Positions 8,674-19,368 are shown, counted from the first letter of the stretch. The stretch is 64,000 nucleotides of DNA from Candidatus Doudnabacteria bacterium (GCA_025450105.1 JANWIA010000022.1:5630-69629), one strand, 5' to 3'. The notes: generated by a model from the sequence alone, not told the origin. Translations and numbers: made by a program.

Positions 8674-9909
8674 TTATAGTCCTGGTGCTGGAAAATTCTT
8701 TGTGAACCGCTTAACTTCTTCTTTGACCTGTTCCGCAACTGAATGATCGGTAATAACTGCAGCAATCCAAGAAGCAATTTTGCTCATTTCTTTTTCCTTC
8801 ATGCCCCGGCTCGTCACAGCTGCTGTACCCAACCGCAAACCGGATGGGTCCATTGGGCTTCGCTTATCAAACGGAATCATGTTGCGATTCAAAATTATCC
8901 CGGCTTTTTCCAAAAGGTTTTGGGCGTCCTTGCCACCAATATTTTTTCCGGTTAAATCCATAAGAATCAAATGATTGTCGGATCCGCCGGAAACTAAGCG
9001 GAAACCAAAATCCTGCAGCGCTTTGGACAAGGCTTTTGAATTTTTGACAACTTGTTCTGAATATTTTCGGAAGGCCGCGGTCTTGGCTTCCTTCATTGCT
9101 ACGGCAATTCCAGCAATAGCGTTTTCGTGCGGACCACCCTGCGATCCCGGAAAAACCGATTTATCAATCGCGGTTGCGTATTTGTCCTTGCACATGATAA
9201 TGCCGGCGCGAGGGCCGCGCAAAGTTTTATGGGTCGTGGTTGTGACGACATCGAAAAATGGAATCGGTGACATATGCACGCCAGCCGAAACCAATCCAGC
9301 AATGTGGGAAATATCAGCCATGGCAATGGCCCCGACCTTATCGGCAATGTCGCGAAATTTTTCAAAATCAATTTCCCGAGGATATGCAGTGAAGCCGGAT
9401 AAAATTAATTTTGGTCGGTGCTGATCAGCCAACTTTAAAATTTCCATGTAATCCAACCGTTCAGACTTGGCAGTCACGCCGTAATGGACGAAGTTATAGA
9501 GTTTGCCGGAAACATTTACTTTAGAGCCGTGGGTTAAGTGGCCGCCGTGGGCCAAATCGAGGGCCATAATCGTGTCACCCGGCTCGAGCAAAGCATTATA
9601 GACTTCCAGATTCATCGGACTGCCGGAATAGGGCTGGACGTTAACGTGCCAGTCGATCGGCAAATCAAAAGCCTCGCGGGTGCGGGCAATGGCCAGTTCC
9701 TCAACCTGATCAACAATTTCGTTGCCGGCATAGTAACGTTTACGGGGATAGCCTTCGGCATATTTATTATTCAAAACCGAACCCAGCGCCTCCAAAACTT
9801 CTTTCGAGGTATAATTTTCTGATGCAATCAATTCCAAAACCTCCGCTTGGCGCTTGCGTTCTTTTTGGATGAGATCGTAAACTTGTTTGTCGTTATTCTT
9901 TAAACTCAT
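8674..9909 (-). CDS. glyA: Serine hydroxymethyltransferase
   Basis: Full-length SHMT similarity (ELIASENYTS, PLP-lysine region THKTLRGPR). Confidence 0.95.
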   Translation of the reverse strand: MSLKNNDKQVYDLIQKERKRQAEVLELIASENYTSKEVLEALGSVLNNKYAEGYPRKRYYAGNEIVDQVEELAIARTREAFDLPIDWHVNVQPYSGSPMNLEVYNALLEPGDTIMALDLAHGGHLTHGSKVNVSGKLYNFVHYGVTAKSERLDYMEILKLADQHRPKLILSGFTAYPREIDFEKFRDIADKVGAIAMADISHIAGLVSAGVHMSPIPFFDVVTTTTHKTLRGPRAGIIMCKDKYATAIDKSVFPGSQGGPHENAIAGIAVAMKEAKTAAFRKYSEQVVKNSKALSKALQDFGFRLVSGGSDNHLILMDLTGKNIGGKDAQNLLEKAGIILNRNMIPFDKRSPMDPSGLRLGTAAVTSRGMKEKEMSKIASWIAAVITDHSVAEQVKEEVKRFTKNFPAPGL

Positions 9910-11085
9910 TTAAATAAATTTGGTTTGCTTTTTGCGCAGTAACCCAAAGAGCATTGTCATGATTCCTGCAAAAGCAAAGACTAAATAAATATTATCTGTA
10001 AAACTTAGCAACGTAATACCCACTAAACAGGTGATGCTGTTGCCGACCGCAATACTGAATTCATAAAAAACGCTATAAGCAATGGCGTGGTTGGCGTTTC
10101 CCGATCCGGCAATTTCGTAAGTTAGGGAAACAACCGGCACGCTGACCGAAGCACGTCCCGTTTTGGTTAAAATGTCAAACCCGAGGATGCCGGCAAGTCC
10201 CTGTGCCAAAAATCGGAAAATCCAGGTCAGGCCGTAGAGTCTCGAAACCACTTTTATGATTTTTAGTTTGTCAGTTTTGTCCGTCAGCCTTCCTATGTAC
10301 AACATTAACACGGAGGAAACAACACTGGCAAATGTTGAGACTGTCCCGACCCAAATGACGTTGGTCACGGTCAAAAAAATGACAATCGGCCAGATGCTCA
10401 TGATCATCAAATCTTCGGCATATCCCCAATACCCCAAGAAATTTTGCTTGTAGCGGTTAAAAATGTCCACGAAATTTTTGAATTCAAACTCATGCTTGGG
10501 ATAAATGTCCGGAGTGGAAAATAAAGGATAGGTCGACGAGACCAACAATGTTCCGGCAAGGATAAATAAGGCTTTGAACCCAAAGGCAGCGGAAATGAAA
10601 CCGCCGAGGAACGGGCCGACAATGGAAAAAATTTCTACCAATGAGAACAGCACGCCAATTTCCCGGCCGCGTTGAACTTTTGCTGAGGCTAATGCGATAT
10701 CTGAATCATAAGGTGGCCAAAAAAATGATTTTTGCAGAGAATACAAAAACGGCGCGACAAAAAATAATTCGGGAAAACGGGCGATGTTAAAAAGAATGGT
10801 CCAGTACGCGACATAGAAAAATGTCGAAATTAAAATCGAATGCTTGTAACCGATACGGGAAGAGATTGGCGCCGCTAAAAAAATAAAAGTTGAGTAGCCG
10901 AAGTAAACCAACAAATAAAATAACAGGATATGAATGACATCAAATCCTGCTTTGTACAAATAAATCGGTTCAAAAATAAAAATCAGCGCCACCGCCAGCG
11001 CATAAATTGAAGAAAACCAGTAAACCTCCTTAACCTCGCGGTTTACGGTTCGGGAAAAATAATGGAGCGTATGATGCAAAATCAT
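9910..11085 (-). CDS. Polytopic membrane protein, probable MFS-type transporter
   Basis: About 12 predicted TM helices; 391 aa; no specific family motif. Confidence 0.5.
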   Translation of the reverse strand: MILHHTLHYFSRTVNREVKEVYWFSSIYALAVALIFIFEPIYLYKAGFDVIHILLFYLLVYFGYSTFIFLAAPISSRIGYKHSILISTFFYVAYWTILFNIARFPELFFVAPFLYSLQKSFFWPPYDSDIALASAKVQRGREIGVLFSLVEIFSIVGPFLGGFISAAFGFKALFILAGTLLVSSTYPLFSTPDIYPKHEFEFKNFVDIFNRYKQNFLGYWGYAEDLMIMSIWPIVIFLTVTNVIWVGTVSTFASVVSSVLMLYIGRLTDKTDKLKIIKVVSRLYGLTWIFRFLAQGLAGILGFDILTKTGRASVSVPVVSLTYEIAGSGNANHAIAYSVFYEFSIAVGNSITCLVGITLLSFTDNIYLVFAFAGIMTMLFGLLRKKQTKFI

Positions 11086-11091
11086 TTATTT

Positions 11092-11703
11092 TTATTTTAG
11101 TGCGGTGCGGATAGTTTCAATACTTATTGGACCTTCGCGCAAGACCGCAACCTTATGGTCATTGATTGCAACAATGGTCGATGGTTTGACCTGTTTGAGC
11201 TTACCGCCGTTTAAATAGTAATCGGGCTTGAGTTTACTTTTCTTAAATTGAGCGCGGATGGCCTTTACAGTATAACAGGTTACGCGACCAGAACGGTTCG
11301 CAGATGTCGCGGTGATTGGCCGGCCCAGGGTTTTGACAATATGCTTAACCACTTTGTGGTCAGGCATTCGGAATCCCAGCGTCCCGCTGCCCGACGACAA
11401 CTGTTTCCATGTCCCAGAATTTTTCTTTAGCGGCAATACAATTGTAATCGGCCCAGGGAAAAGTTTTTGGATAATTTTCTTAGCCGGCGCATTCAATTTC
11501 ACCACGCGATTCAGTTCCACAAATGATGGAAAAATTACATGCACTGGTTTGTTAAAATTCCTCCCCTTAACTTCATACAATCTTTTAACGGCAATGGGAT
11601 TGGTCGCATCAACCGCCAATCCATAAGCGGTATCGGTTGGATAAACCACAACCCCGCCATTCCTAATTGTTTCAACAGCTTTTGATATTTGTTCGGATGT
11701 CAT
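11092..11703 (-). CDS. tsaC: L-threonylcarbamoyladenylate synthase (TsaC/YrdC/Sua5 family)
   Basis: GGVVVYPTDTAYGLAVDATN and VKGRNFNKP motifs. Confidence 0.8.
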   Translation of the reverse strand: MTSEQISKAVETIRNGGVVVYPTDTAYGLAVDATNPIAVKRLYEVKGRNFNKPVHVIFPSFVELNRVVKLNAPAKKIIQKLFPGPITIVLPLKKNSGTWKQLSSGSGTLGFRMPDHKVVKHIVKTLGRPITATSANRSGRVTCYTVKAIRAQFKKSKLKPDYYLNGGKLKQVKPSTIVAINDHKVAVLREGPISIETIRTALK

Positions 11704-14054
11704 TATTCTTTCACAACAAAATTGATTAATCGGTTAGGCACAAAAATTTCTTTCACAATCTGCTTACCTTCCAAATATTTCTTCGTTGATTCATTACTCA
11801 TGACAGCAGCACGAACCTCATCCTGCGATGCATCAAATTTAACCATAATGGTTCCTCTGGTCTTGCCCAAAATCTGAACCACGAATTCAATTTCTGAATC
11901 TTTGACCATAGCCGCGTCAAAAACCGGCCAGGCTTGCTGATGAATCGAATCATTATGACCAAGGTTGTGCCAAAGTTCTTCAGTAATGTGGGGCGCGAAT
12001 GGCGCAAGCAATTTGAGCAAAGTTTCCAAGTCAGATTGATTAATCTTGCTGTTCTCATTCAAAAATTCCATGAATGCCGCAATAGATGTATTAAATTTGA
12101 ACGACTCAATATCGCTGCTAATTTTTTTAACGAGCTTATGAATATTTTTTCCACTTTGGACTTGAGGGTCGATTTGCAAAGCACTTAATCGATCCAAGAA
12201 TCTTCGAACCCCAACAACCCCTTGATCATTCCAAGACACAGTTGCATCATGTGGGCCTAAAAACATTTCGAACATTCTCAAAGTGTCGGCGCCGTGACTG
12301 GCAACAATATCGTCCGGATTGACCACGTTGCCGAGGCTCTTGCTCATTTTTTCGCCGTCTGGACCTAATATAATTCCATGAGGCACGCGCTTTAAATATG
12401 GTTCCGAAACCGTAACGTGGCCTTGGTCGAACAAAAATTGGTTCCAAAATCTAGAATAAAGTAAATGCAAAGTGGTATGTTCCATGCCGCCAAAATAAAC
12501 GTCAACTGGCTGCCAACGCTGCAATTTTTGTTTGGCCGCGAATTCTTTTACATTCTGAGGATCGGCATATCGCAAAAAATACCAGGAACTTCCTGCCCAT
12601 TGCGGCATGGTATTGGTTTCGCGTTTGGCCGGGCCTTGGCACTTTGGGCAAGTTGTATTGACCCACGATTCAATTGCCGCCAGGGGCGATTCGCCGGTGC
12701 CGGTTGGCTCGTATTTTTCGACTTCCGGTAAAACTACAGGCAATTGGTCTTCTGGAATTGGGACAATACCGCAATTTGGGCAGTGCACTAAAGGAATTGG
12801 TTCGCCCCAATAACGTTGACGGGAAAAAACCCAGTCGCGCAATTTGTATTGAACCTTGGGTAATCCAAAATCCGCGGTAATGTGCTGGCGCGCTTCATCT
12901 GTTGGCATGTAACTGTATTCACCGGAATTGACCAGTTTGCCTTCACCGGTAAACGGTTCTTCATCCGATTCTTTTTCCGGAGCTACGACTTTTTTGATAG
13001 GCAATTTATATTTTTTGGCAAAAGCAAAATCCCGATCATCGTGCGCCGGAACGGCCATGACCGCACCGGTGCCGTAGTTGGCCAAAACGTAATCAGCAAT
13101 CCAAACTGGGATTTTTTCTTCAGTTGCCGGATTGATTGCGAACGCACCAGTAAAGACTCCAGTTTTTTCTTTATCAACCGAAGTTCGTTCTTTTTCGGAT
13201 TTTGAACCAGCCCATGTCACATATTTTTCAACTTCTGCTTTTTGGTCCGCAGTAGTAATTTCTTTAACTAAAGGATGTTCCGGCGCCAAAACCATGTAAG
13301 TTGCGCCAAATAAAGTGTCCGGGCGGGTGGTAAAAACCTCAATTGATTTTCCACCAACAGGAAATTTGAGCAACGCCCCGTCGGATCGGCCAATCCAATT
13401 CTTTTGCTGCAACTTAACTGCTTCCGGCCAATCTAAACTTTCCAAACCGTCAATTAATTTTTGCGCATAAGCGGTAATGCGCAAATACCATTGGCGCATC
13501 TCGCGTTTTTCAACTTCAGTGCCGCAGCGTTCACACTTACCATCAACGACCTCTTCGTTGGCCAGCCCAGTTTTGTCTTTTGGGCACCAGTTAATCAAGC
13601 CTGTGGCTTCAAACGCCAAACCGACTTTATAGAATTGTAAAAAAATCCACTGCGTCCATTTATAATATTCCGGATCAGTTGTGTTTATTTCGCGCGACCA
13701 ATCAAAACTCATACCCCAACTTTGCAATTGGCGTTTAGAATTGGCAACGTTTTCCATTGTTGAAACTTTTGGCTGGACTCCGGTCTTGATGGCAAAATTT
13801 TCCGCCGGCAAACCAAAGGCATCCCACCCAATAGGATACAAAACTTCATGGCCGCGCATGCGCCAATACCTACTATATGTATCGCCCGCCGTATACGGTC
13901 GCAAGTGGCCCATATGCAAACCTGTTCCTGATGGATAAGGGAATTCAATCAAGACATATTTTTTTGGCTTATCAGAGCCATCGTCGGCCTTATAAATTGA
14001 CTTCTGCTGCCAAAATTCCTGCCATTTTTTTTCAATTTGCTTGTGGTCAAACAT
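11703..14054 (-). CDS. leuS: Leucyl-tRNA synthetase
   Basis: HMGH and KMSKS class I motifs; 783 aa; full-length LeuS similarity. Confidence 0.95.
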   Translation of the reverse strand: MFDHKQIEKKWQEFWQQKSIYKADDGSDKPKKYVLIEFPYPSGTGLHMGHLRPYTAGDTYSRYWRMRGHEVLYPIGWDAFGLPAENFAIKTGVQPKVSTMENVANSKRQLQSWGMSFDWSREINTTDPEYYKWTQWIFLQFYKVGLAFEATGLINWCPKDKTGLANEEVVDGKCERCGTEVEKREMRQWYLRITAYAQKLIDGLESLDWPEAVKLQQKNWIGRSDGALLKFPVGGKSIEVFTTRPDTLFGATYMVLAPEHPLVKEITTADQKAEVEKYVTWAGSKSEKERTSVDKEKTGVFTGAFAINPATEEKIPVWIADYVLANYGTGAVMAVPAHDDRDFAFAKKYKLPIKKVVAPEKESDEEPFTGEGKLVNSGEYSYMPTDEARQHITADFGLPKVQYKLRDWVFSRQRYWGEPIPLVHCPNCGIVPIPEDQLPVVLPEVEKYEPTGTGESPLAAIESWVNTTCPKCQGPAKRETNTMPQWAGSSWYFLRYADPQNVKEFAAKQKLQRWQPVDVYFGGMEHTTLHLLYSRFWNQFLFDQGHVTVSEPYLKRVPHGIILGPDGEKMSKSLGNVVNPDDIVASHGADTLRMFEMFLGPHDATVSWNDQGVVGVRRFLDRLSALQIDPQVQSGKNIHKLVKKISSDIESFKFNTSIAAFMEFLNENSKINQSDLETLLKLLAPFAPHITEELWHNLGHNDSIHQQAWPVFDAAMVKDSEIEFVVQILGKTRGTIMVKFDASQDEVRAAVMSNESTKKYLEGKQIVKEIFVPNRLINFVVKE

Positions 14055-14110
14055 TGTAATTTTTGGGGTTAAATGCTATATTGAGGCCCTACGAATCGCG
14101 AGGAGGAAAC

Positions 14111-14554
14111 ATGAACGATCCGATCAGCGGAAATCTCATTCTGGTCGCTGAAAACCTGCTCACTGAATACCGCAGGAAGTTGAATTATTTCTTGCATCAC
14201 CATCCAGAGGTCAGTGGGAAATGCTACGAAGCTGCTCCAAACCGTCGTTTAGCTGTAAGGGTCGAGACGTCTGATCTGCCACTCATCCGGGCTGAGCAAA
14301 AAACATCTAACGAGTTCGAGGCGGTCTACATTGCGCTCCTCGAGGTTGCAAAGACTGACAGGGAGTGCAATGCCGCCATGCACGCTTGGCACAAAATCCC
14401 GCCTGGAGAGTATCGCAAAGCGAACCTGATCATCACCATCGTCGATCCCAATCGACCAGTCACGTCCCAGGGGCTTTCTCCTACGGACATGCGCTTCCTG
14501 AAGTCTCTACGCATCAGCGGTGACGGACTCACTGAACCGACAAATCCCACCTAG
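14111..14554 (+). CDS. Hypothetical protein (isolated high-GC insert; ATG at 14111 with AGGAGG SD at 14101-14106)
   Basis: ORF plus strong SD; GC above flanks; no motif. Confidence 0.4.
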   Translation: MNDPISGNLILVAENLLTEYRRKLNYFLHHHPEVSGKCYEAAPNRRLAVRVETSDLPLIRAEQKTSNEFEAVYIALLEVAKTDRECNAAMHAWHKIPPGEYRKANLIITIVDPNRPVTSQGLSPTDMRFLKSLRISGDGLTEPTNPT

Positions 14555-14573
14555 GGGTTTGTCGGTTTCCCAC

Positions 14574-15392
14574 TCAAACTTTAATATTGAATAAAGAACA
14601 AGCGTTTCTAAAAGTTAATTCGGCTATTTCTTCGGAACTAGCTTTTTTTATTTCCGCAATCTTGTCCACCACGTACCTTACATACATTGGTTCGTTGCGC
14701 TTGCCGCGAAACGGTGGTGGCGTTAAATACGGCGCATCAGTTTCCACTAACATTCTATCAGATGGCATCTTTTCTATCACTTCTGCCAACTTCCCTGTTT
14801 TATCAAAGGTCAAAATGCCGTTGAACGCCACATAAAAACCAATATCTAAAAACTTTTTCGCCGTCTCCCAATTATCTGTAAAGGAATGAATGACGCCTGG
14901 CCCATCAGAATATTCGGACTTCAAAATTTTGAGCACGTCTTCGTAAGCATCACGGCAATGAATAATTATCGGGCGTTTGTATTTTTTGGCAAAACGCAAT
15001 TGCGCAAAAAACGCTTGCTGTTGTTTTTCGATTGCCGAATCCTTGTTGCTTTCCGGTAGACGAAAATAATCCAAACCACTCTCGCCAATCGCCACAACTT
15101 TGTCATTCAATAGTTCGGCATATTTTATTTCATCAAAGCTTTCTTCGCGGGATTTAAAATGGCTTTCCTCTTCGTCCACCATTTGCTGGTAAGTGTGGAT
15201 GGGGTGCAAACCAATTGCCGCAAAAACTCCTTGCGGATATTTTAAAGCGATACTTGCCGATTCCTTACTAGTGTCGTACTGTGTCCCAACATTAACCATC
15301 CAGGTTTGGTTTTCCAAAGCCCGTTTGGTTACCGGATCGGCATCATCTTTAAATGCCGTAAAATTGACGTGGGTATGGGTATCAAAAAACAT
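14574..15392 (-). CDS. tatD: TatD family metal-dependent deoxyribonuclease/hydrolase
   Basis: MFFDTHTHVNF N-terminus with conserved His/Asp/Glu ligand pattern. Confidence 0.85.
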   Translation of the reverse strand: MFFDTHTHVNFTAFKDDADPVTKRALENQTWMVNVGTQYDTSKESASIALKYPQGVFAAIGLHPIHTYQQMVDEEESHFKSREESFDEIKYAELLNDKVVAIGESGLDYFRLPESNKDSAIEKQQQAFFAQLRFAKKYKRPIIIHCRDAYEDVLKILKSEYSDGPGVIHSFTDNWETAKKFLDIGFYVAFNGILTFDKTGKLAEVIEKMPSDRMLVETDAPYLTPPPFRGKRNEPMYVRYVVDKIAEIKKASSEEIAELTFRNACSLFNIKV

Positions 15393-15393
15393 G

Positions 15394-16827
15394 CTAATCG
15401 ATTTTTGGGAACAGTGGTTCAGCTTTTATAATATTTTCGTTTTCAAAAGTTTTTCGGATCTTGTCTGCAGTATCGGGCAGGACCGGTGACAATTTTTGCG
15501 CGATATCATAAAGCAAAGCCGCTAAATTGTTCAGCAACTCCTTAACCTTATCTGGATCGGTTTTGACCAAATCCCAAGGTTTGGCCTTATCAATCAATTG
15601 GTTGGCCCAGGCAATTGCTTCCCAAATTTCGGTTAGGCCCGTGGAAAAATCCAAGTTTCGGAACGCTTCCAGCGCGTCGGACAAATCTTTTGGTGAACTA
15701 ATGTATTCCGCATCTCCATCCAAAAATTTCTCAATCATGTTAGTTGTCCGGGAAAATAAATTTCCCAATCCATTTGCGAGATCACCGTTGTAGCGAGCTT
15801 TAAGTTTTTCTTCACTGACGTCGCCATCCTGACCAAACGGCACTTCACGCAGCAAAAAGTACCGGACAGCATCCGGAGTGTATTTACTGGCCCATTCTAA
15901 TGGATCAATGGCATTACCCAAAGACTTACTGATTTTCTGTCCACCAGATGTAAAAAATCCATGGGCAAAAACGGTTTGCGGCAATTTTTCGCCAATCGCC
16001 AACAGCACCGCTGGCCAAATGACACAGTGAAATTTAATAATGTCCTTGCCGATCACATGAATATCCGCCGGCCAAAAACGTTCATACTTTTCCTGATCTG
16101 CACCGTAACCAACAGCAGAGCAATAATTAAACAATTCATCCAACCAAACGTAAATGGTTTGTGATTCGTCCCAAGGCAAAGGTAGGGCAAACTTTGCCGT
16201 GCGGCGGGAAACAGCAATATCTTCCAAACCTTGTTTAATGAACGATAAAATTTCGTTGCGGCGGGACTGCGGCAAAATGTGTAATTCCCCGCTCTCAATT
16301 TTTTCTGTTAAAATTTTTCCGTATTCCGACAATTTGAAAAACCAATTTTTTTCTTTAATCCATTCCGGTTTGCGGTTATGCAACGGACACAAACCGTTAA
16401 CTAAGTCTTCTTCCTTCTTAAAAGATTCGCAACCAATACAATACCAGCCTTCATAATCGGCTTCGTATAATTTTCCGGAAGCTTTTAGTTTTTCAAAAAA
16501 TAATTTTACGGCATCGGTGTGACGTTTTTCTGTGGTCCGGATAAAATCATCCGGCGCGATATTTAAAGTATCCCAGGCCAAAGAAAACTTGGCGGAATTT
16601 TCATCCACAAAATCTTCAACTTTTTTGCCGGCCTTTTCCGCACTCTCGGCAATCTTGCTGCCGTGCTCGGCCGTGCCGGTCAAAAACAAAACGTCTTTGC
16701 CCAACTGCCTGTGCAAACGCGCCAAAACATCCGCGGCAATAGTTGTGTAGGCCGAACCAATGTGCGGCTTGTCATTGACGTAGTAAATCGGTGTCGTGAT
16801 ATAAAATTTTGTTCGTTCTTCGGTCAT
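15394..16827 (-). CDS. metG: Methionyl-tRNA synthetase (short form)
   Basis: PYYVNDKPHIGSAYT (HIGH-like), KISKS, Zn-knuckle CxxC..CxxH. Confidence 0.95.
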   Translation of the reverse strand: MTEERTKFYITTPIYYVNDKPHIGSAYTTIAADVLARLHRQLGKDVLFLTGTAEHGSKIAESAEKAGKKVEDFVDENSAKFSLAWDTLNIAPDDFIRTTEKRHTDAVKLFFEKLKASGKLYEADYEGWYCIGCESFKKEEDLVNGLCPLHNRKPEWIKEKNWFFKLSEYGKILTEKIESGELHILPQSRRNEILSFIKQGLEDIAVSRRTAKFALPLPWDESQTIYVWLDELFNYCSAVGYGADQEKYERFWPADIHVIGKDIIKFHCVIWPAVLLAIGEKLPQTVFAHGFFTSGGQKISKSLGNAIDPLEWASKYTPDAVRYFLLREVPFGQDGDVSEEKLKARYNGDLANGLGNLFSRTTNMIEKFLDGDAEYISSPKDLSDALEAFRNLDFSTGLTEIWEAIAWANQLIDKAKPWDLVKTDPDKVKELLNNLAALLYDIAQKLSPVLPDTADKIRKTFENENIIKAEPLFPKID

Positions 16828-16962
16828 TTTTGTGTGGAAAAATAAAGAAAACGGCTCAATGGCCGACTCAATTATACCATATTCCTTAAGGTTTTTGTAA
16901 TTTTGCTTGCAATAGTTTTTTTATATATACTCTAGGTAGCAATAACATCAAGGAGGCACTTG

Positions 16963-17334
16963 ATGCCACGCGTTCGAGATACCAGGAAACCTGCTGAACC
17001 CGAGCCGTATATCGATCCGTACACTACTCCGTCCAGACAACGAAGGGGTGAGGTACACATCGGTCAGACGGTCATCGAGATTGGCCACTTTGATCCATCG
17101 CAAGTTATCCCGCTCCTTGATGAAGAAGAGTGTCCGCACCTGAAGGATCTGCGCGCCGACAAAGAACTCGAGGTTGAGTACAGGCCCTCCCGGATCCGCC
17201 TCATCTTCAGCAGAAGCTGCAAGGCCCACAAGCCTGAAGAGGTCTACCACTACCTTCGCGATAACCTGTTCCCCAACTGGAAGGAACAGGACGACGCTGA
17301 ATTTCTCCTCATGCTCGAAGACGTCGCGGCCTAA
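16963..17334 (+). CDS. Hypothetical protein (isolated high-GC insert; ATG at 16963 with AGGAGG SD at 16951-16956)
   Basis: ORF plus strong SD; GC above flanks. Confidence 0.4.
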   Translation: MPRVRDTRKPAEPEPYIDPYTTPSRQRRGEVHIGQTVIEIGHFDPSQVIPLLDEEECPHLKDLRADKELEVEYRPSRIRLIFSRSCKAHKPEEVYHYLRDNLFPNWKEQDDAEFLLMLEDVAA

Positions 17335-17352
17335 AGCCGCTGCAACAAAAAG

Positions 17353-17392
17353 CCCCGCTCTTTCTTACGAGAGAGCGGGGTCTTCATTTTTT
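17353..17392. terminator. Bidirectional intrinsic terminator between convergent genes
   Basis: 8-bp GC stem ccccgctc/gagcgggg flanked by A-run upstream and T-run downstream. Confidence 0.6.
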
Positions 17393-17396
17393 ATTT

Positions 17397-18458
17397 CTAT
17401 TCGTCGTTGCCCCACATGTCATGGACAAAGACTGACGCCGCGCCAATGAGAGGAATTGCCAAGATAGCACCAACTATGCCGCCCAAGGTGCCGCCAACTA
17501 AAATCCCTAGAATAATTAGCACCGGACTTAGGCCGACACTCTTACTCATGACTACGGGCACAATAATATGATTTTCTAATTGCTGAATGACAACATACAA
17601 AATAATTACGGCCAAGGCCAACGGCGGGTTTTGTAAGAAGGCGAAGAATGCCGCTGGTAAAACCGAAATGAACGGGCCGACATAAGGAATGATTTCCAAT
17701 AATCCCGCGGTCAATGCCAAGGCTAGCGCGAAATCAATTTTCAAAAAGGTCAAACCTAAAAACGTTAAACCAAAAATAATAACCGATAAAATTAACTGCC
17801 CCAAAACCCATGCGCCAATTTTGCGCTGGATTTTTGTCACCAGGCCCATAGCGTAAGCCTGACTCTTGAATGGCACCAACTGTTTAACAAAATTCTTCAT
17901 GCCATTTTCTTCGGCCGTGAGATAAAATGAAATAACCAAAACAGTCAGCGTGGAGATAATGCCGTTGAAAATTCCCTTTGTGGTTTCGAATAATGATCCG
18001 GAAATGCTTCCCGCCCAATTCTTAATATTGGTTTCGATAGATTGGCTAATCCCCAATTGGTTAAGGTTCTCTTTAAAAATACCAAGTTTTGAATTTAACT
18101 TATCCAGAAAGTCGCCTTGCGAAATTTCGTGGAATTGCTGGCCAATTGCCGGCGCCATCAAATAAACGAACAAAACAGCAATACCAATAAATAATAGATA
18201 AACAAGGATAACGCTCAAGCCTCGAGGAACATGTTTCTTGCGCAAGTAATCGGCGACCGGATCCATGGCCGAGGAAATAATAACGGAAATAAGCAACAAC
18301 AAAAGGATTGCGCGGATCTCGAATAAGAACCAAAGTAAAAGCAAAACCGCCACCACTTTGAGAATAGAGATGGTTGAAATAGTTACTGTGTTGTGTCGCT
18401 CTTCTGCCATGGATTTAGTATAGCTTATTCTGTTCGTGTTATAAAGCCTAAATTTCAC
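17397..18458 (-). CDS. AI-2E family (PerM/YhhT-like) transporter
   Basis: Length and 8-TM topology with conserved C-terminal GxxG-rich segment. Confidence 0.55.
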   Translation of the reverse strand: MKFRLYNTNRISYTKSMAEERHNTVTISTISILKVVAVLLLLWFLFEIRAILLLLLISVIISSAMDPVADYLRKKHVPRGLSVILVYLLFIGIAVLFVYLMAPAIGQQFHEISQGDFLDKLNSKLGIFKENLNQLGISQSIETNIKNWAGSISGSLFETTKGIFNGIISTLTVLVISFYLTAEENGMKNFVKQLVPFKSQAYAMGLVTKIQRKIGAWVLGQLILSVIIFGLTFLGLTFLKIDFALALALTAGLLEIIPYVGPFISVLPAAFFAFLQNPPLALAVIILYVVIQQLENHIIVPVVMSKSVGLSPVLIILGILVGGTLGGIVGAILAIPLIGAASVFVHDMWGNDE

Positions 18459-18460
18459 CC

Positions 18461-18510
18461 ATCCTGACGGATGTCAGGATATAAAACAGATCCTGAAACA
18501 AGTTCAGGAT
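18461..18510. repeat. Palindromic hairpin repeat units (atcctgac-ggat-gtcaggat; atcctgaa-acaag-ttcaggat)
   Basis: Same family. Confidence 0.7.
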
Positions 18511-18518
18511 TGGTTAAT

Positions 18519-19361
18519 TTATGACTTTCTGAGTTTATTCAACAACTTTATATTCATCGGGTCCCAAGTTGGGTCATCCTTTGGAGTTTCCAAAATCCAA
18601 TCCATTTTTCCCAAGACCTTATGTTTGAGCATGGCTTTAAATCCTTCAATCCCGATATTTCCTTTGCCAATATGTTCGTGACGGTCCAAATGTTTTCCGA
18701 ATTCCCCTTTGGAATCATTGGCGTGCAAAACAATAAGCCGGTCCGAGCCAATAACTTTTTCAAATTGTTTCATGGTTGCGTCCACTGTTTTTTTGTCGCG
18801 GACATCGTAGCCCGATGCAAATAAATGGCAGGAGTCTAAACAAATACCAACATTGAAATTTTTTAGGCGTTTGTCATCGATAATTGCCGATAGTTCTTCA
18901 AAAGTGTCCCCGACCACACGGCCAGCGCCAGCGGAAATTTCCAAAAGTAATTGAGTCGTTCCCTTGTAGCCTTCCATGACCTTGGCGATGGCTTTGACTT
19001 CCCGTTCGATTCCTTCTTCATCTGTTAACTCACCAAAACTTCCCAAGTGCGTCATTAAAGCTTTGCAGCCAATTTTTGTGCCGCGTTCCAATTCTTCGCG
19101 GATTACCGAAATGGATCCGTAATAAATATTTCCTTTTACGGAGGCAAAATTAATAAAATATGGCGCGTGAATATAAAATGTATCCAATTCGTGCTTGTCC
19201 ATTTCCGCTTTGAATTGCTTTACCACATCCGGTGTAATTGGTTTGACCGGTCCGCCGTGCGGTGAGCGCGAAAAAATCTGGAAGCATTCTGCCCCAACTT
19301 TCGCCGCATTTCCCGGCGCATTCCATAACCCACCCGCAATTGACACATGTGTACCTATTCT
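18519..19361 (-). CDS. nfo: Endonuclease IV (AP endonuclease, xylose-isomerase TIM barrel fold); start at MRIGTHVS
   Basis: MRIGTHVSIAGG and conserved His/Asp/Glu metal-ligand pattern of Nfo. Confidence 0.85.
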   Translation of the reverse strand, partial: RIGTHVSIAGGLWNAPGNAAKVGAECFQIFSRSPHGGPVKPITPDVVKQFKAEMDKHELDTFYIHAPYFINFASVKGNIYYGSISVIREELERGTKIGCKALMTHLGSFGELTDEEGIEREVKAIAKVMEGYKGTTQLLLEISAGAGRVVGDTFEELSAIIDDKRLKNFNVGICLDSCHLFASGYDVRDKKTVDATMKQFEKVIGSDRLIVLHANDSKGEFGKHLDRHEHIGKGNIGIEGFKAMLKHKVLGKMDWILETPKDDPTWDPMNIKLLNKLRKS

Positions 19362-19368
19362 CATATAG

